Positions 1-12,616 of a stretch of DNA of 64,000 bases are shown here, piece after piece. Numbering within the stretch: the stretch's first letter is position 1; the number at the start of each line of letters is the position of its first letter. The stretch lies in assembly GCA_964247055.1 (NCBI GenBank), contig OZ176052.1, positions 10,416,001 through 10,480,000 on the forward strand. Direction: 5' to 3'. The notes below the pieces were generated by a model. The model made no database searches. It saw only the letters and a list, made by a program, of their open reading frames with translations, and was not told where the DNA came from. Source of the DNA: Paragordius varius. Taxonomy: Eukaryota; Animalia; Nematomorpha. A program made the translations under genes and the position numbers.

Positions 1-361
1 TAGCTGTGTATAGCAATCATATAACATATTTTTCCATTAAAACACATATTTTTGGCTATAATAGATTTTTTACGATATATTTTTTTATTTATTATGTAAA
101 TGGAAAGTTAACCAAAATGACATAATAAAATATTTTGTTTTTTTTTTAATTTAACTCAAAAACAATAAAAACACATTTTAATGTTCTATTTTATAATTTT
201 ATATTATTAAAAATTTAGTCAGACAGCAGTCTAAAGTTTTGTTCTTATCAATTTAATGTTTTAATTATAAAGTTTGAATCCAATTTATCTACTGTTTTTC
301 TTATAATTTTTAATATCGGGATATAAAAACAATCTTTTTTCGGTCAAATCATTGAAACAAT

Positions 362-3300
362 ATGAATCACGTGCTACTTTTAACCATTATTGCTATATGC
401 CATATTCCCTTAATTTCAGCGTTCCCAAGGGTAAAGAAAGCAGATCCCGATCATGCTTTGGCCTGTGACCTTTTTAAAAAAATGTTCTTTCCACCCACGA
501 GTAATGTCGAAGATTACACATCTAATGTGAATTTATTTTTTTCACCTATAAGCATACGTCAGGTTTTGTCGATCCTTATGTTAGGTAGCGATGAAAAAAC
601 CCTTAAACAATTGACTTCATTGCTTTTAAGAAATCTCACTCATCCCGAATTGAAAAGAAGTATATCTCAAAGATTAAAAAGTAGTCTTGCATCACACCCG
701 CCCAGCATTGCAATCGAAAATCAAAATGGGATATTTGTTGATGCAAAAATGTCTCTGAATCCCGACTTTAAAGCCAATGTTCACCGATACTTCCCTGCCA
801 TTGTTCAAAATTTGAATATATCCCAGGATCCAAAGGCAGCCGAAACAAAGATAAATGAGATTGTTTCCAACGCTACTAGAAATAAAATCACCACCATTCT
901 TCCTTCTGGTGTATTGACCCCTGATACGCGTATGGTAGTCACCAATTCCATATATTTCAATGGTATATGGGCCAATCAATTTAATAAAAGGTATTATGGA
1001 TAGCATATTTATACCATATATATGTTGGCAATTATGAAGATTTGTAAAGGGAATAGTTTAAAATATATTTAAATTAACCACACTAATTTAGTCGCGTTTT
1101 AGGGATTCGAAACGGAGATTACCAGTTTTTATATTATCGTCAAAAAATCATAAAAACGCCGTGCCTTTGTAACATTTTATTTTTATACAACGTCACCTGC
1201 TTTTAATTTATAAATGGATCTAACATTATTTTCAAGTTTTTATGTACTCTGATCTTTATTATATTCAAATTATTGGTTTTCATAAAAATAGAGTAGAAAA
1301 TGTTTAGCTAAAACATTAGACAAAATTGTTGGAAAAGGAACATTTGTTAAAACCGTTTTTAAAAATATAAACATATGTTAAAGATTATAAATCATGGCAT
1401 ATAGCCTACGCTCACAACAGGCTTTAGACCTCGCATTAAATGATTATTTCATGTTAATGATAATGTACACTTCGATTTTATATAAAGTCTTAGTTCAAGA
1501 TAATTGTTTAAATATCACCCACGCACTTACTGGTATTCTGGTAATTTTAAAGCCTTTATAATGAACCAAAAAAATTAAATATTATGAGAAAACTAATGAT
1601 AACTACAATATTTTTAATTTAAAAAAGTGTCTAGCTGCGGATATTAAGCCATGTATTATTCCAATATTTTGGTTCAGTTTAGGGGTTCCTATACTTTAAA
1701 AGAGTTAAAAAATATATTTTTAAGATATTACTTTAAATCCATTGTCCCATTAGCACCTTTGAGTGATGCTTGCCTTAAAGGGTGGATTAGTTGATGTTAA
1801 CTTAATCTTAATGGCCAGATACACTATATCTTAGGTAGGATTGGATTAAAAATCTTATAAATTGCAGAGATGTTGCTTAAGAAGATTCATATACATTATA
1901 AGGTAATTTTTTTGTAATTCACAAACTACCTTTATTAACTTTGTGCCATTAGATTTTTAAAAATTATTTTACTAACGAACTTTTTTAACGTTATTTACAA
2001 ATATAATTTAATATATTAACGTAGAATCAATGAAAAGGTTCTCATTATTCATCAGAGAAGCTGAGATAATTAATCTGACCCAACACCAATTGTCTTGATT
2101 TTTCTGAATATAAAATTTCATAAAATTTGTATTTTATGTATATCTATATACATGTTTTATACTCTAGTGAAACCAAAATGGGAACCTTTAACACTGAAAA
2201 AAATGGAAATCAATCAATGTTATTCATGAACAGCCGAAGGCGCATGCCATATGTCCGTGAAGAAATTGATATAAATGGAACACCAAAGGAAATTCAAATT
2301 GGTAAGTTAGATTATGGCAATGGAAAAGTTTCCATGTACATTATAAAACCCGGTGTTAATGCAACACTCTCTCAAATCGTAAATGCTCTAACACCAAATG
2401 TATTGGCTAATAAAGTTTTTCAACTCCCAAACAACCAAGACGTCATTTTATCAATCCCAACTTTTAACATAAGTTATGAAGATAAACTTAAAAACAAGTT
2501 GGAAGCCTTGGGTGTTACTGATTTATTTAGGTAAGTTTAATTGCTTTTAACCCTATTATTATTAAATTAAATGGATATTGTTCTAACAATTTATCGGGTT
2601 TTTTGAATGTTTCGAATTTAAGCAAACCGTAGTTGATACAAACGGATCCCATATGCATGCCAGTGAAGGACAAATTATAAAAACTTAGCTGTTTTTAAAT
2701 ATTCATATGAGGAGAGTATATAGAATATCTGACTTGCGAGCAAAATATTAGTTTAAACAATTCCACAGTCTATTTATATTATTTATATGTAACTATACAC
2801 CCGTATTTATCCTACAGAGTTGAGTTAATCATAATTCATATTAATTATTCAATTTAAAAAATATTTTTTTTACAAGCCAATATTTTAAATTTTGGATGAG
2901 TCATGGATTGTTTATTTTAAATGTATAATTTATGCAATAAGTTTGTAGGTACAGATTTATAAAAGAATCTAATATTTTAATAACAAACGAATATGTCAAT
3001 AATTACCAACTCCAGCCATAACGCGATTAAATCTAAAAAAAAACAAATTCGAAAAATAAAAAAAGTAAAGTATATAACATTTTTTAACTGATTAAAAATT
3101 TTTCTGCATAAGCCACAAATTTATAATTTTATTTAACAAACACCTTTAGTATGCAAGCCGATTTATCTAACATGGTTAAACCAAAAACAGGTGGTCAAGA
3201 ATTGTACGTTGATGAAATATACCACAAAGCCCGACTACAAGTCAATGAGGAAGGCGCCATCGCAAGTGCCGCCTCAGCTGCTGTCATAATGGCTAAATCG

Positions 3301-3408
3301 TTCCCTATCACGCATAAATTTGTGGTGGATAAACCCTTCTTATTTTTGATAGCTGAAAAAACGCACAATGATATCTTGTTTATGGGCTCATTTTCGGGAA
3401 ATTATTAG
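362..3408 (+). CDS. Secreted serpin (serine protease inhibitor), 3 exons: 362-990, 2168-2530, 3150-3408; 416 aa
   Basis: Hydrophobic N-terminus (MNHVLLLTIIAICHIPLISA). Serpin motifs FFSPISI, TRMVVTNSIYFNGIWANQF, DKPFLFLI and hinge EEGAIASAA. Canonical GT-AG junctions (aaag|gtatta, ctctag|t, ttag|gtaagt, ctttag|t), all phase 2, give one open frame of 1251 nt. Confidence 0.95.
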
Positions 3409-3570
3409 CAAAGTTTTACGACTAAGTAGTCCTCAAATATGCAAATTTTTATATGCTCTCTAATCACAACTATTACCAATGCCTAAATTTTTTCAAAACA
3501 TCTTAAAAGTTTCATAACAATCTTGTAAATTCCAAAAAACACTACAATTATTACTTGTCTTATATTTATA

Positions 3571-3576
3571 AATAAA
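3571..3576 (+). promoter_or_regulatory. Probable polyadenylation signal of the serpin gene
   Basis: AATAAA about 160 nt after the stop codon; weak evidence because the background is AT-rich. Confidence 0.3.
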
Positions 3577-4199
3577 TTATATGATTATTTTTTTTATCAA
3601 CTAACCCTTTATCAGCAAAAATATTGTTTAGGGTTTATATAAATATTAAATCCTGATTTCAGATTCCTATCTTTACATATTTTCAAGAACGCACGATATT
3701 TTTTCGTTATACGTATAGAACAGGGTAGCCAAACGGACGACTTCGTGACCGCAAAATATAAAACATGATCGCCTGAAAATTTTTTATGTAAATATATATT
3801 TGCATAGAATTTTTTATTCCACAAAATTATAATTCATTTTCAATTTATTTTTCTTTTGTGTTTTAATTTACGTGTTAATATATTTAACTAAGCTAATTTA
3901 TTATCCTTATATTTACATATGTAATATTCGAGCTTTAAATCATTTTTGATTGTAGAAAATAGTTTAAATTAACAAAAAAACAGAAGCAGGTAATTTTTAA
4001 ACTTATATTTTAGTATGATTCAAAATTCAAGCCAGAAAATTGCTTAAATGTACTTGTTTGATATGCAACTCCACCATGGCTTTGCATAAAAATGCAAACG
4101 TGCAAATATATTTTACTACCTTCACATGAACTATCAAAAATACGATTCAATTCGCAAAATCATATTGAAAGAAACACAGCAAGGTAGTTAGGGTAATTC

Positions 4200-4725
4200 C
4201 TTAGGTCGAGTTGAATTCTTTGGAAATTAAAATGACTAGTTCCCTCTACTTGTCTCTTTCCCATGCTATTTCCTTTAATTTACTGATACTACGATCTTTA
4301 CAGTGTCCAGCCATCTTAACATTCGTCTTCTTTTTTTCTGTTTCCCTTTAACTTTACCAAAAATCAAATCCTTTCAAGGGTTGTAATTCTTAAAATGTGC
4401 CTTATGTACGTAAACCTTTTTATTATAGGTCCTATTAAGTTATTCTCAATATTTAATTTGTCTTATTGTTTTATTCTTAACCTTGTCAGACCATCTTATA
4501 TTCATTCTCCCGCAACACCACATTATGCTGCAATCCTTTTTTATCATACAGTTTTAATGTCCAACTTTCTGTAACATAAGTCGCTACCGGAAAAACCATG
4601 CATTTCATTTCACTTAAGTTTTCACAGTGATATTTTTACTTTTCCTTAATTTATATGCTATGCGGCGTTTAATATCTGGCCAAGCAGATCTATTAAAGAG
4701 CCTAAGAATAGGATTTCACTTACTA
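4200..4725 (-). mobile_element. Decayed RTE-clade LINE, 3' part of RT ORF
   Basis: Frameshifted minus-strand translation gives VVSEILFLGSLI, DIKRRIA, MVFPVATY.TESWTLK, MWCCGRM.IRWSDK, YIRHILR and GKVKGKQKKRRMLRWLD, the ordered motif series of RTE/Bov-B-type RT C-termini. Contains stops and indels. Confidence 0.75.
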
Positions 4726-5354
4726 CTACCGGAGGGTCGTCTAGGGTTATATTAGGTTTGTTTTTTAAAAAATTATAATTTTGGTTCTCCTAGTATTAAG
4801 GTTCAATCCATATTATACAAGCTTATATTATTAAATACAGCAAAAATAAAATAATCCATAATCCACAAATATCAGAAATCTTAATAAAAAACAACAAATC
4901 TTTTCAGAACGGAGAAATTGGGAAAGAATTATTAAAACTTATGAAGTCCTGTTTGAAAATTATGAAGACCAAAAGAATATTATGGAAATAAAAATCTTAG
5001 ACCTTTGAAACACAATTATGCAGTGAGGTGAAGATCTTTAGAATCTTACCGAAATTTTACATGTATTAATCTTGATGTCCATTATTTAAAACCTGGTGTG
5101 ATAATCAATAAAATCTGGTAATCACAAAAATCTTTGCCTAGCCTAGAGCTAAAAATCCATTTTTTAGTTTCCTCATCTAAAATTACTTGCAAGTACAACT
5201 GATCCACTATAAATTTAATCAATTGAATAATGTAAATGTTTTAGTATTACTGATTAGAAACGGTCTTCTGAATCAACATTATGTATTTGATAAAATTAAG
5301 ATTATATACAAAAATAACTACTCAAAAATAATCATTTTTTAAAATATTCCGTTT

Positions 5355-5515
5355 AAAATGGCACTCGCTAGTCACCCTAATCCGTAAATAGAGATATGTA
5401 TTTGCATCATTAGTGTTAAAGTGTTAAATGATTCTTTTAAAACTTAATATTCATATGTGCCCGCGTGATTTTCTTCCCAAAAAGTAGCCTGCGGGAAAAA
5501 AGGTTGGTTACCCTG
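5355..5515 (-). mobile_element. hAT (Charlie/Buster-like) end fragment, same family as 33098 and 48638 copies
   Basis: Reverse complement reads cagggtaaccaaccttttttcccgcaggctactttttg...gggtgactagc, matching 33098-33250 and 48638-48770 by eye. Confidence 0.7.
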
Positions 5516-6955
5516 GTATGGAAATTTGACTTTACACAATCATATTTGAATTATCAAAATAACCAGAGCTTTGCTCCACATTTGTACATAAATCTATTTT
5601 TAATTAATTTTTTTTCGATATATAAAAGGTTAGATAAAATTATATAAAATTTTATAATATTTTTTTAAAATGTTACTACGCTAAAGATACCAAATGGTAT
5701 ATTGTTTAATTAAATGGAATATGCCGGCAAAATGGCCCGCAAAAATAAATGAATTAAAAATTCAAACAGATTTGTCATTTCTCTAAAGCAGAAGTTTAAC
5801 AATAACAATTCTAATATTGTTATAACCCTAAACGCTTCGTTTTAGAGTAAGTTCTGTTTCAAGATGCCAATTATATAAAATTATAATAACTCCCAAATTT
5901 TAATTGCATGATCAGCTTATTTATACATCATATTATGACTAAACGATTTTCCAAAAACTAGGAAATATTAAGCATAATAAATCATTCTTTTATTATTTTG
6001 TATAAGTTTAAAGCCTAATTTTTTAGATTATTATCTTGTATTTACAGTTCTTTGCCTCAAACGTCAATTAACTGAAAATAAAAATATATGTTTTAATTCA
6101 TAGGAACAGAATTTAAATAAGGGTTCGCGGTAAAAAGGCCCATTTGTAAATTTTAATATTATGTGTATGCTAAAATGTATATGAATATATTTGACATGAT
6201 AATCGAAAAACATACTTAACATTTTTTCTGATTTAGACTTTATTCTTTGACCTCATTCCTATGGCATATCTCTTTTACAGTAATCATATTCTTACACATA
6301 TGAAGTATGTAAAATTGTGTATTGTTTATAGGGAAAATAAATTAATTGTATATAAATAGTTTCGTCTTTTTTTGCTTATAATACACAATGCAATTCAAAC
6401 CAGGAGTCCTTAACGCATATGCGTTTGCGGGCGCCACTTTCGACTTAAAAATCAGATGGGCCACATTTTAAAAGCTTAGGCGTATGGATATCAATAAATT
6501 TTTTTAGATTGCATGAGACTGTAAAAAAATACGAGGGCAATCTAACATCCATTTAATGTACCAATTTTTTTATAGTTATTCCGTTGCCTAAATTCAAGAA
6601 GACTAATCCAATGTTAAATAAATGGTCTCTCCCAACATCATAAAAATCTACATTAGAAGAAGATATGTATATTAGCATGTTATATAGCCCTATGAAAATG
6701 AAAATTTGCCTAATAATAGATAATATTCATATGTGAAAGCTAATGAGTTTTTTATCTATGATAATATTAAAACGCTTAGACAAAAATTGGTGATGCTTTA
6801 TCTATAAATGCTAATTGGCAATTTATATAAAACACTTAAATTCCATTTCCTATATTACTTATAATTTAAAGAATAAAGCAGATTGCAATTACCACAAACT
6901 TACAATAAAATACAAATAAATTGATTCCAAAACAGAAATAAAAAGTTGTTTAAGC

Positions 6956-7174
6956 CAGAGGTATCCAACCCGCGGCCGATGAAAAAATCTGAAATCCATA
7001 ATTTACAAATGAGGCCTAAAACAGTTGAATAAAATTGATATAAACAAATACTAAGAAAAAATTGTTATAAAGGGATCTTACACTCTTATGTTTAATATCT
7101 ATACTCATGCCCATGCATAAATGCCTGCCGGATAAGAATATAGTTCGCAAAGCCATTTGTGTTGGCCAGCCCTG
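6956..7174. mobile_element. Short hAT-type MITE
   Basis: Imperfect TIRs cagaggtatccaac / gttggccagccctg with gcggcc subterminal motif. Flanks gtttaagc / gtttcaat match only 5/8. Confidence 0.5.
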
Positions 7175-8761
7175 GTTTCAATACTATATCAGTTGTTGCT
7201 ATTCAAATTCATTTGTAACAAACACGAGCATAATTTTTCAATTTTCCGGTCACACTTTTCTGTAACTCAGATAAAACAAAAGTCTCTTTCATAATCATTA
7301 TTGGCAATTATGTAAAAGCTTTAATATTTAAGCCTATTTTATTAGGTCTTGAATCCAGTGGCAAATTCAAAAAAGACCCGTTGATACCAGTATAGCTCAG
7401 TTAACACTTTTCAATCTGCTTTAGATTTTGGGCCCTATAAGTTACTTACACAGTTATTACCACTTTGTGGTTTGAAACAGAGCATATCTGTGGCAAGATT
7501 TTTGATTACAAAACTTTTGTCTTTGATTTAGTATATAAATTGTATTTATAAAATTTTAAACACAATTAATGTTAGGCATCATCGTATTTTAGAAATTGTT
7601 TTTTTACAAATAACCTAACTTTTTACAACATTTACAACATGCTTAAAAATACCCTAAAATAAACAACAGTATAATTTAGTAATTTTGAACGATTTTTAAT
7701 AAATTTTTATTGGTATAATTTATCGGTCACGGTCAATTTCGACAACATTAACCGATTTTAATGTCCAAAAATGTTGAATATTGCCAAAAGCACTATGAGA
7801 ATACTGATACAATTTTTATCTATCGGGATATTTTTTATAACACCGATTTCGTCAACTGTGTAGGTATCCCAACAATTGCTATAACGAGACGATGGTTATA
7901 CAGAAGATGCTTTACCAAGTGATTTTTATACAGGTTATTTCTTTCATAAAACAAAATATGGGCATTAGACAAAGCATATAAATATATGTTTTCAGGAATA
8001 AACATTTATTTTGACGGGTGTATCTTTTGGCGCTTAAAGGCTGAGTTTTACATGGCCACTTTTAAATGAAGCAAAATTCGTTAATATAACCTGGACTCTG
8101 GAAAATTGCTTTAACACCAATATTTTGTCCACAATTTTAGTCTCAATTTAAGGGCAAGAAAATGGTTGTCCTTCAAGAACATCGGTGAAAAAGAAAAAAC
8201 TATGTCTTAAAAGAGCTGTGAGCCTTTTGATGATTGAGTAAAATGCATAAGCTTTTCTAATTATAAAATGAAAATAATTTTATCAAGTATAAAGAAGCCG
8301 AGCCCCTTTTTAAGATTAGGCCCACAGTTCTCACCACGTATATATTTTTTGAAAATCATCAACTACTTAAATTTGAAAGACGTATCGAGAAAACGTATAG
8401 CCGAAATCGATTTCAAAATTTACTTGTTTTATTCTTTTACTAATGTGCCTAGGGTGACTAAGCCGGTTTTTTTAAATACCTCTTCCTTTTAGTCCCACAT
8501 CTATAAAAAATAGGATTTTTAGTAAAATTGGTTATTTCAGAACAGTAGTTGGTTTACTCGTTTAAACTCTGGGGCAGAAAACTATCCACAAATGTCATCG
8601 CATTTAAAATGATAAAAATATAATAGAGCGTTAGTATTTTATGAACACAACAAGCAAACAACTGTTTAATATGTTAAAATAACAATTTGAATTCTCAATT
8701 TATTAAAGTAAACTATATCCAAAATTTTCGATACACGCGGGTATCTTTTTCAATGGATTAA

Positions 8762-9919
8762 CACTTGGATACAACACATTCATTTTAGTCCTTGGATTCA
8801 AGGGGGTAGTTGAATACCCCAGGTTTGTTTAAAATTAAATTTTTTAAAAAATATGGAAGGAATCGAAACCTTGGCAAAAATCTGCACTTATATAACATTA
8901 ATAAATCGGAATATATAAAAAATTTATTCAAAAATACCTCATATTACTTATTTTAACACGTTGATTCAAATTGGGGTATCTAAATACCCCAGACTAAATT
9001 TAAATTTATATTTTTAAAAAACTATTGAAGGAAACGGTCCCAATTTAAATTTATGCCTCTATCCTAATAATAATTATATAAATATGCCAAAATATCTTAA
9101 TAAAATTTTGTTTTGAAAAAAAAATTCCATGTCAAACTACTTCGACGCCATTTTTATTTTACAAAATTTTTGCAAAATATCATCTTCATTTAATTTTAAG
9201 GGTAATAAAGCTAATTTTTTATTTAAATTACATCCAACATTGATAGAATTAGAAAGAACGGTTTATTTTGTATTATTTTTTGATTTTATAATTTGACACA
9301 TGTCACGTTGACAATTTTTTACCTTTCAGTTTCAGCTTAAAATAAGTAACATCAAATATTTTTGAATAATTTTTTTTATATATTTCGGCTTATTAATATT
9401 ATATAATTGCAAAATTTTGTCATGGTTTCGATTCCTTTAATACTTTTTAAAGTATTTTATTTTAAATAGGCCTGGGGTATTTAACTACCCCAATTTCATT
9501 CGAAGGACAAAAATGACTGTGTTGTATCCAAGTGTTAAGCTAAAACCGAAATGTAAAAATTTGATCAACGTGACATATGTTCATGGTAAAATTATAAATT
9601 AATACAAAATAAACCGCTTTTCTATTTATATCAATGTTAGATGTAATTTAAATAAAAAATTAGCTTTAATTTTACACTTAATAATTAAATGAAGAAGATA
9701 TTTTTCAAAAAATTTGTTAAATAAAATGGCGTCAAAGTAGTTTGAATATTAAACTTTTTTTTTCAAAACAAAATTTTATTTAGATAATTTGGCATATTTA
9801 TATAATTTTTATTAGGATAGAAGCATAAATTTAAATTGGGACCGTTTCACTTAGTAGTTTTAAAATCCTATCTTAAATTTAGTCTGGAGTATTTAGATAC
9901 CCCAATTTGAATCGAAGTG
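8762..9919 (+). mobile_element. TTAA-flanked piggyBac-like MITE copy 1 (~576 bp plus nested copy 2)
   Basis: TTAA at 8758-8761 and 9920-9923. Ends cacttggatacaac... and ...ttgaatcgaagtg. The internal sequence is interrupted at its own TTAA (8953-8956 / 9535-9538). Confidence 0.85.
8957..9534 (-). mobile_element. piggyBac-like MITE copy 2, nested in copy 1 in opposite orientation (578 bp)
   Basis: Bounded by TTAA on both sides; the host element resumes in register after 9538. Confidence 0.85.
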
Positions 9920-9923
9920 TTAA

Positions 9924-10199
9924 CTAAAACAATAGAAAATAATAATACGATATAATTAAAACAAAATTTGAAAAATATAATTATTAATTATGATAACAAA
10001 AAAATGCAAAGTTTGTGTCCATGTGTATTGTTTTTTTTCTGGAATGAAATCTTAAAAGAAACAGATTACTTTAAAATATTTACTCCTCCAAGAAAAAAAC
10101 AATAACACATGGACATACACTTTGCATTTTTTTATCATAATTTATAATTATATTTTTCAAATTTTGCTTTAATTATATTATTATTTTCTTTTGTTTTAG
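9924..10199. mobile_element. 276-bp foldback element with ~120-bp inverted arms, TTAA-flanked
   Basis: Left arm ctaaaacaatagaaaataataat...gtccatgtgtattgttttttttctgga is near-complementary to the right arm ending ...ttattttcttttgttttag. TTAA at 9920-9923 and 10200-10203. Confidence 0.8.
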
Positions 10200-10342
10200 T
10201 TAATCCATTGAAAAAGATCCTTCCATGTATCGAAATTTTGGATATAGTTTAATTTAATTTTTTATTTTAACATAATATATTCGTTTTCGTTGACAATATA
10301 TAAAGGTTTAATATGGTTGAAAAATATAAATAATTAACATTA

Positions 10343-10880
10343 CACTTGGATACAACACATTCATTTCAGTCCTTAGATAATTGAGATAGTTGGATATCCC
10401 AGGCCTGCTAAATTAAATAATCCAAAAAATGGAATGAATTAAAACCATGGCAAAAATTTGCACTTTTATAACATTAATGAACCGAAATATATAGAATATC
10501 ATCAAAACTTGCCATTACTTATTTTAAGGTAAAATTTCATGGTTTATATTTAGTAAACATGACATGTGTGAATTAGCTAAATTTAAAAATAATACAAAAA
10601 CTAATTTCTCTGTTTTTATCAATGTTAGATGTGATATAAAAAACCTACTTTCATTTAGCTTTATAATCAAATAAACACAATATTTTGCAAAAATGTTGCA
10701 AAATAAAAATAGCGTTGAAGTAGTTTGAAATGGTTTTTTTAAAACTATTTTTTTAGATATTCGGCTTATTTATATAAATTTTATTAGGATAGAAGCATAA
10801 ATTTAGATTGGGACTTTTCTTTCAATGGTATTTTAAAAATTTTAACATAAATAAAGTTCAGAGTATTTAGATCCCCAAAT
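10343..10880 (+). mobile_element. piggyBac-like MITE copy 3 (degenerate right end)
   Basis: Starts cacttggatacaacacattcatttcagtcc and is colinear with copy 1 up to gagtatttagatccccaaat. Confidence 0.75.
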
Positions 10881-10991
10881 TTTATGCCAAATTTTATGTT
10901 AACATGTGTAAACTCTCATATGAAAATCGTCTGCTACAAAGATTTTGCGCCTCAATAAATTCAAAGTGAAGTATTTAAAAATTTAGCTCCA

Positions 10992-12474
10992 ATGATTAAT
11001 CGCAAGCTAGCCAATATTAATGTTAATCATCAGCGCATATTTAATAAAATTCATACTAGTAGAATTTTCCACATGGATATGTGTAGAAATAGTATATGGT
11101 AAATTAAATTTTATTTTAAAGGTTACTGACTATATCTTCCTCAATGTTTTCTATTTATGACACATATTCACTAAAAAGTTGTCATACTGTTGCAAACACA
11201 AAAAACGACAGGTGAGGTTATATTTACATGATAGAAAATGTTTATGGTGGCCTCTTGATACCGGTCTTTTTGTGTCCAACAACTCTAATACTTTGCATAT
11301 TTGGGACACTAAAAATTTAAAGATTGTCGAAAAATATGATTTTGATAACATTTATGATATGGATATAGGAAACATCAATACGCTTATTGCTGGTAATATT
11401 TAGTTATTTTATCAAATTTATATTTTAAAATTTTGTGTAATAACATTTTTATTATAGTTTCATGTCCAAACTCTGTTAATTTGGTTGATTTGAGCATTGG
11501 TTCTTCGATGCATACTTTACGGTCCCCGTCATTTATAGGTTTTGGTCTTGTTCATTGGTCTCAGATATCAAGAAATTTACTTTGTTCCACCTCAAAAAAT
11601 AATATATTATTTTGGGATATACGCAATTCTAGTCATCCCTTGATGCAAACAGCTTTAAGTATTTATTTTTTATTCGTAATAAATACTAAAATATAACCCA
11701 AAGTATTTTTGGTATATAACCTTTCACTGATTTCTAAGTTTAATTGCATTTCATCAATGTTGTTTAAAACTCTTCCTTTTAATATTCAATAATATTATAT
11801 TTTAGTTAAAGATGGGCGGTTTAAGTAATGAAAGATTTGTTATAGTTTTACAAAATGAACATCGTTTATTGATGTTTAAGGAGATGTAAAAAAGAGATTT
11901 ACCGATAAATTTTTTTAGGAGTATGTAATGTTTGTTGAATATTTAGATGGAAACGAGGAAATAATAGCCCTAAATAGTAGCACTGATTCACAATTTTATG
12001 GATTTTTAACACAAAACGGTATATTTTATTTATTCGATGTTTTGGCTCATTCCATATTACCTTTGGTAAATTAGAGATTTAATTTCCAAGGATTTAAACA
12101 TTGACTTATTTGAAATGGAATTAAATGCCCTTATACCGACCACAAGCAATGTTCATAGATTGCGAACATTTTCATTTCTCTCTCATAATTATATGGTCAT
12201 TCCTCATTCAAATAAGTTAATTTTAGTGGAATATGATTCGTTCTCAAATAAAAATGGGGATGACAAAACGGTTGATTTTTTGACTGGAAATATTCGAATT
12301 AATGCTAAACCAAAAAGTGGAAAGACCCATTATAAATCAATAAGATTGATTGATTCCATACAAGGTTATCATTTTGGTGATATTACATGCGTCTTAAATA
12401 ATAACGGACAAAACCCTCACATTTTTTATACTGCCTCCGACGATGCTAGCATAATGGAATGGTCAATAATCTAA
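10992..12474 (+). CDS. ERCC8: DNA excision repair protein ERCC-8 / Cockayne syndrome A (WD40). Exons 10992-11098, 11122-11211, 11235-11392, 11458-11658, 11947-12065, 12091-12474; ~352 aa; true start may lie slightly upstream
   Basis: Spliced translation contains KIHTSRIFHMD, WWPLDTGLFVS..TLHIWDT, VNLVDLSIGSSMHTL, VHWS...LLCSTS..ILFWDIR and HFGDITCV...FYTASDDASIMEW, colinear with CSA motifs as I recall them (WYPHDTGMFTSSS.DKTLKVWDT; VQLCDLKSGSCSHIL; LWDVR; GH...VDCC...LYSGSRD.NILAW). All junctions are GT-AG and frame-consistent. Confidence 0.82.
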
Positions 12475-12616
12475 ATGCAAGTAAAATAGTTTTAATATAT
12501 GAATTAGCAATTATTTATTTTAGTTTACAATTTTATATCATTTATTAATAGATATGAGTGAGTTTTGATAATGAATAAATGAAACGTTCCGTTGGAGCAT
12601 AAGTGTTGCTTGTAGA

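Noticed and set aside
692-1006. 104-aa minus-strand ORF
   Set aside because: Antisense shadow of serpin exon 1; no motif or independent splice signals.
2127-3151. ORF-track starts at 2127 and 3151 as separate genes
   Set aside because: Both are internal serpin exons; the upstream residues are intronic read-through.
11151-11351. Minus-strand 66-aa ORF and the MSYCCKHKK start at 11179
   Set aside because: The first is antisense to ERCC8; the second is an out-of-frame read across a 23-nt intron.
11806-11924. Extra exon-like segments inside ERCC8 intron 4
   Set aside because: The phases I tried introduce stops, and direct 11658-to-11947 splicing already restores CSA colinearity. Cannot be excluded without RNA data.
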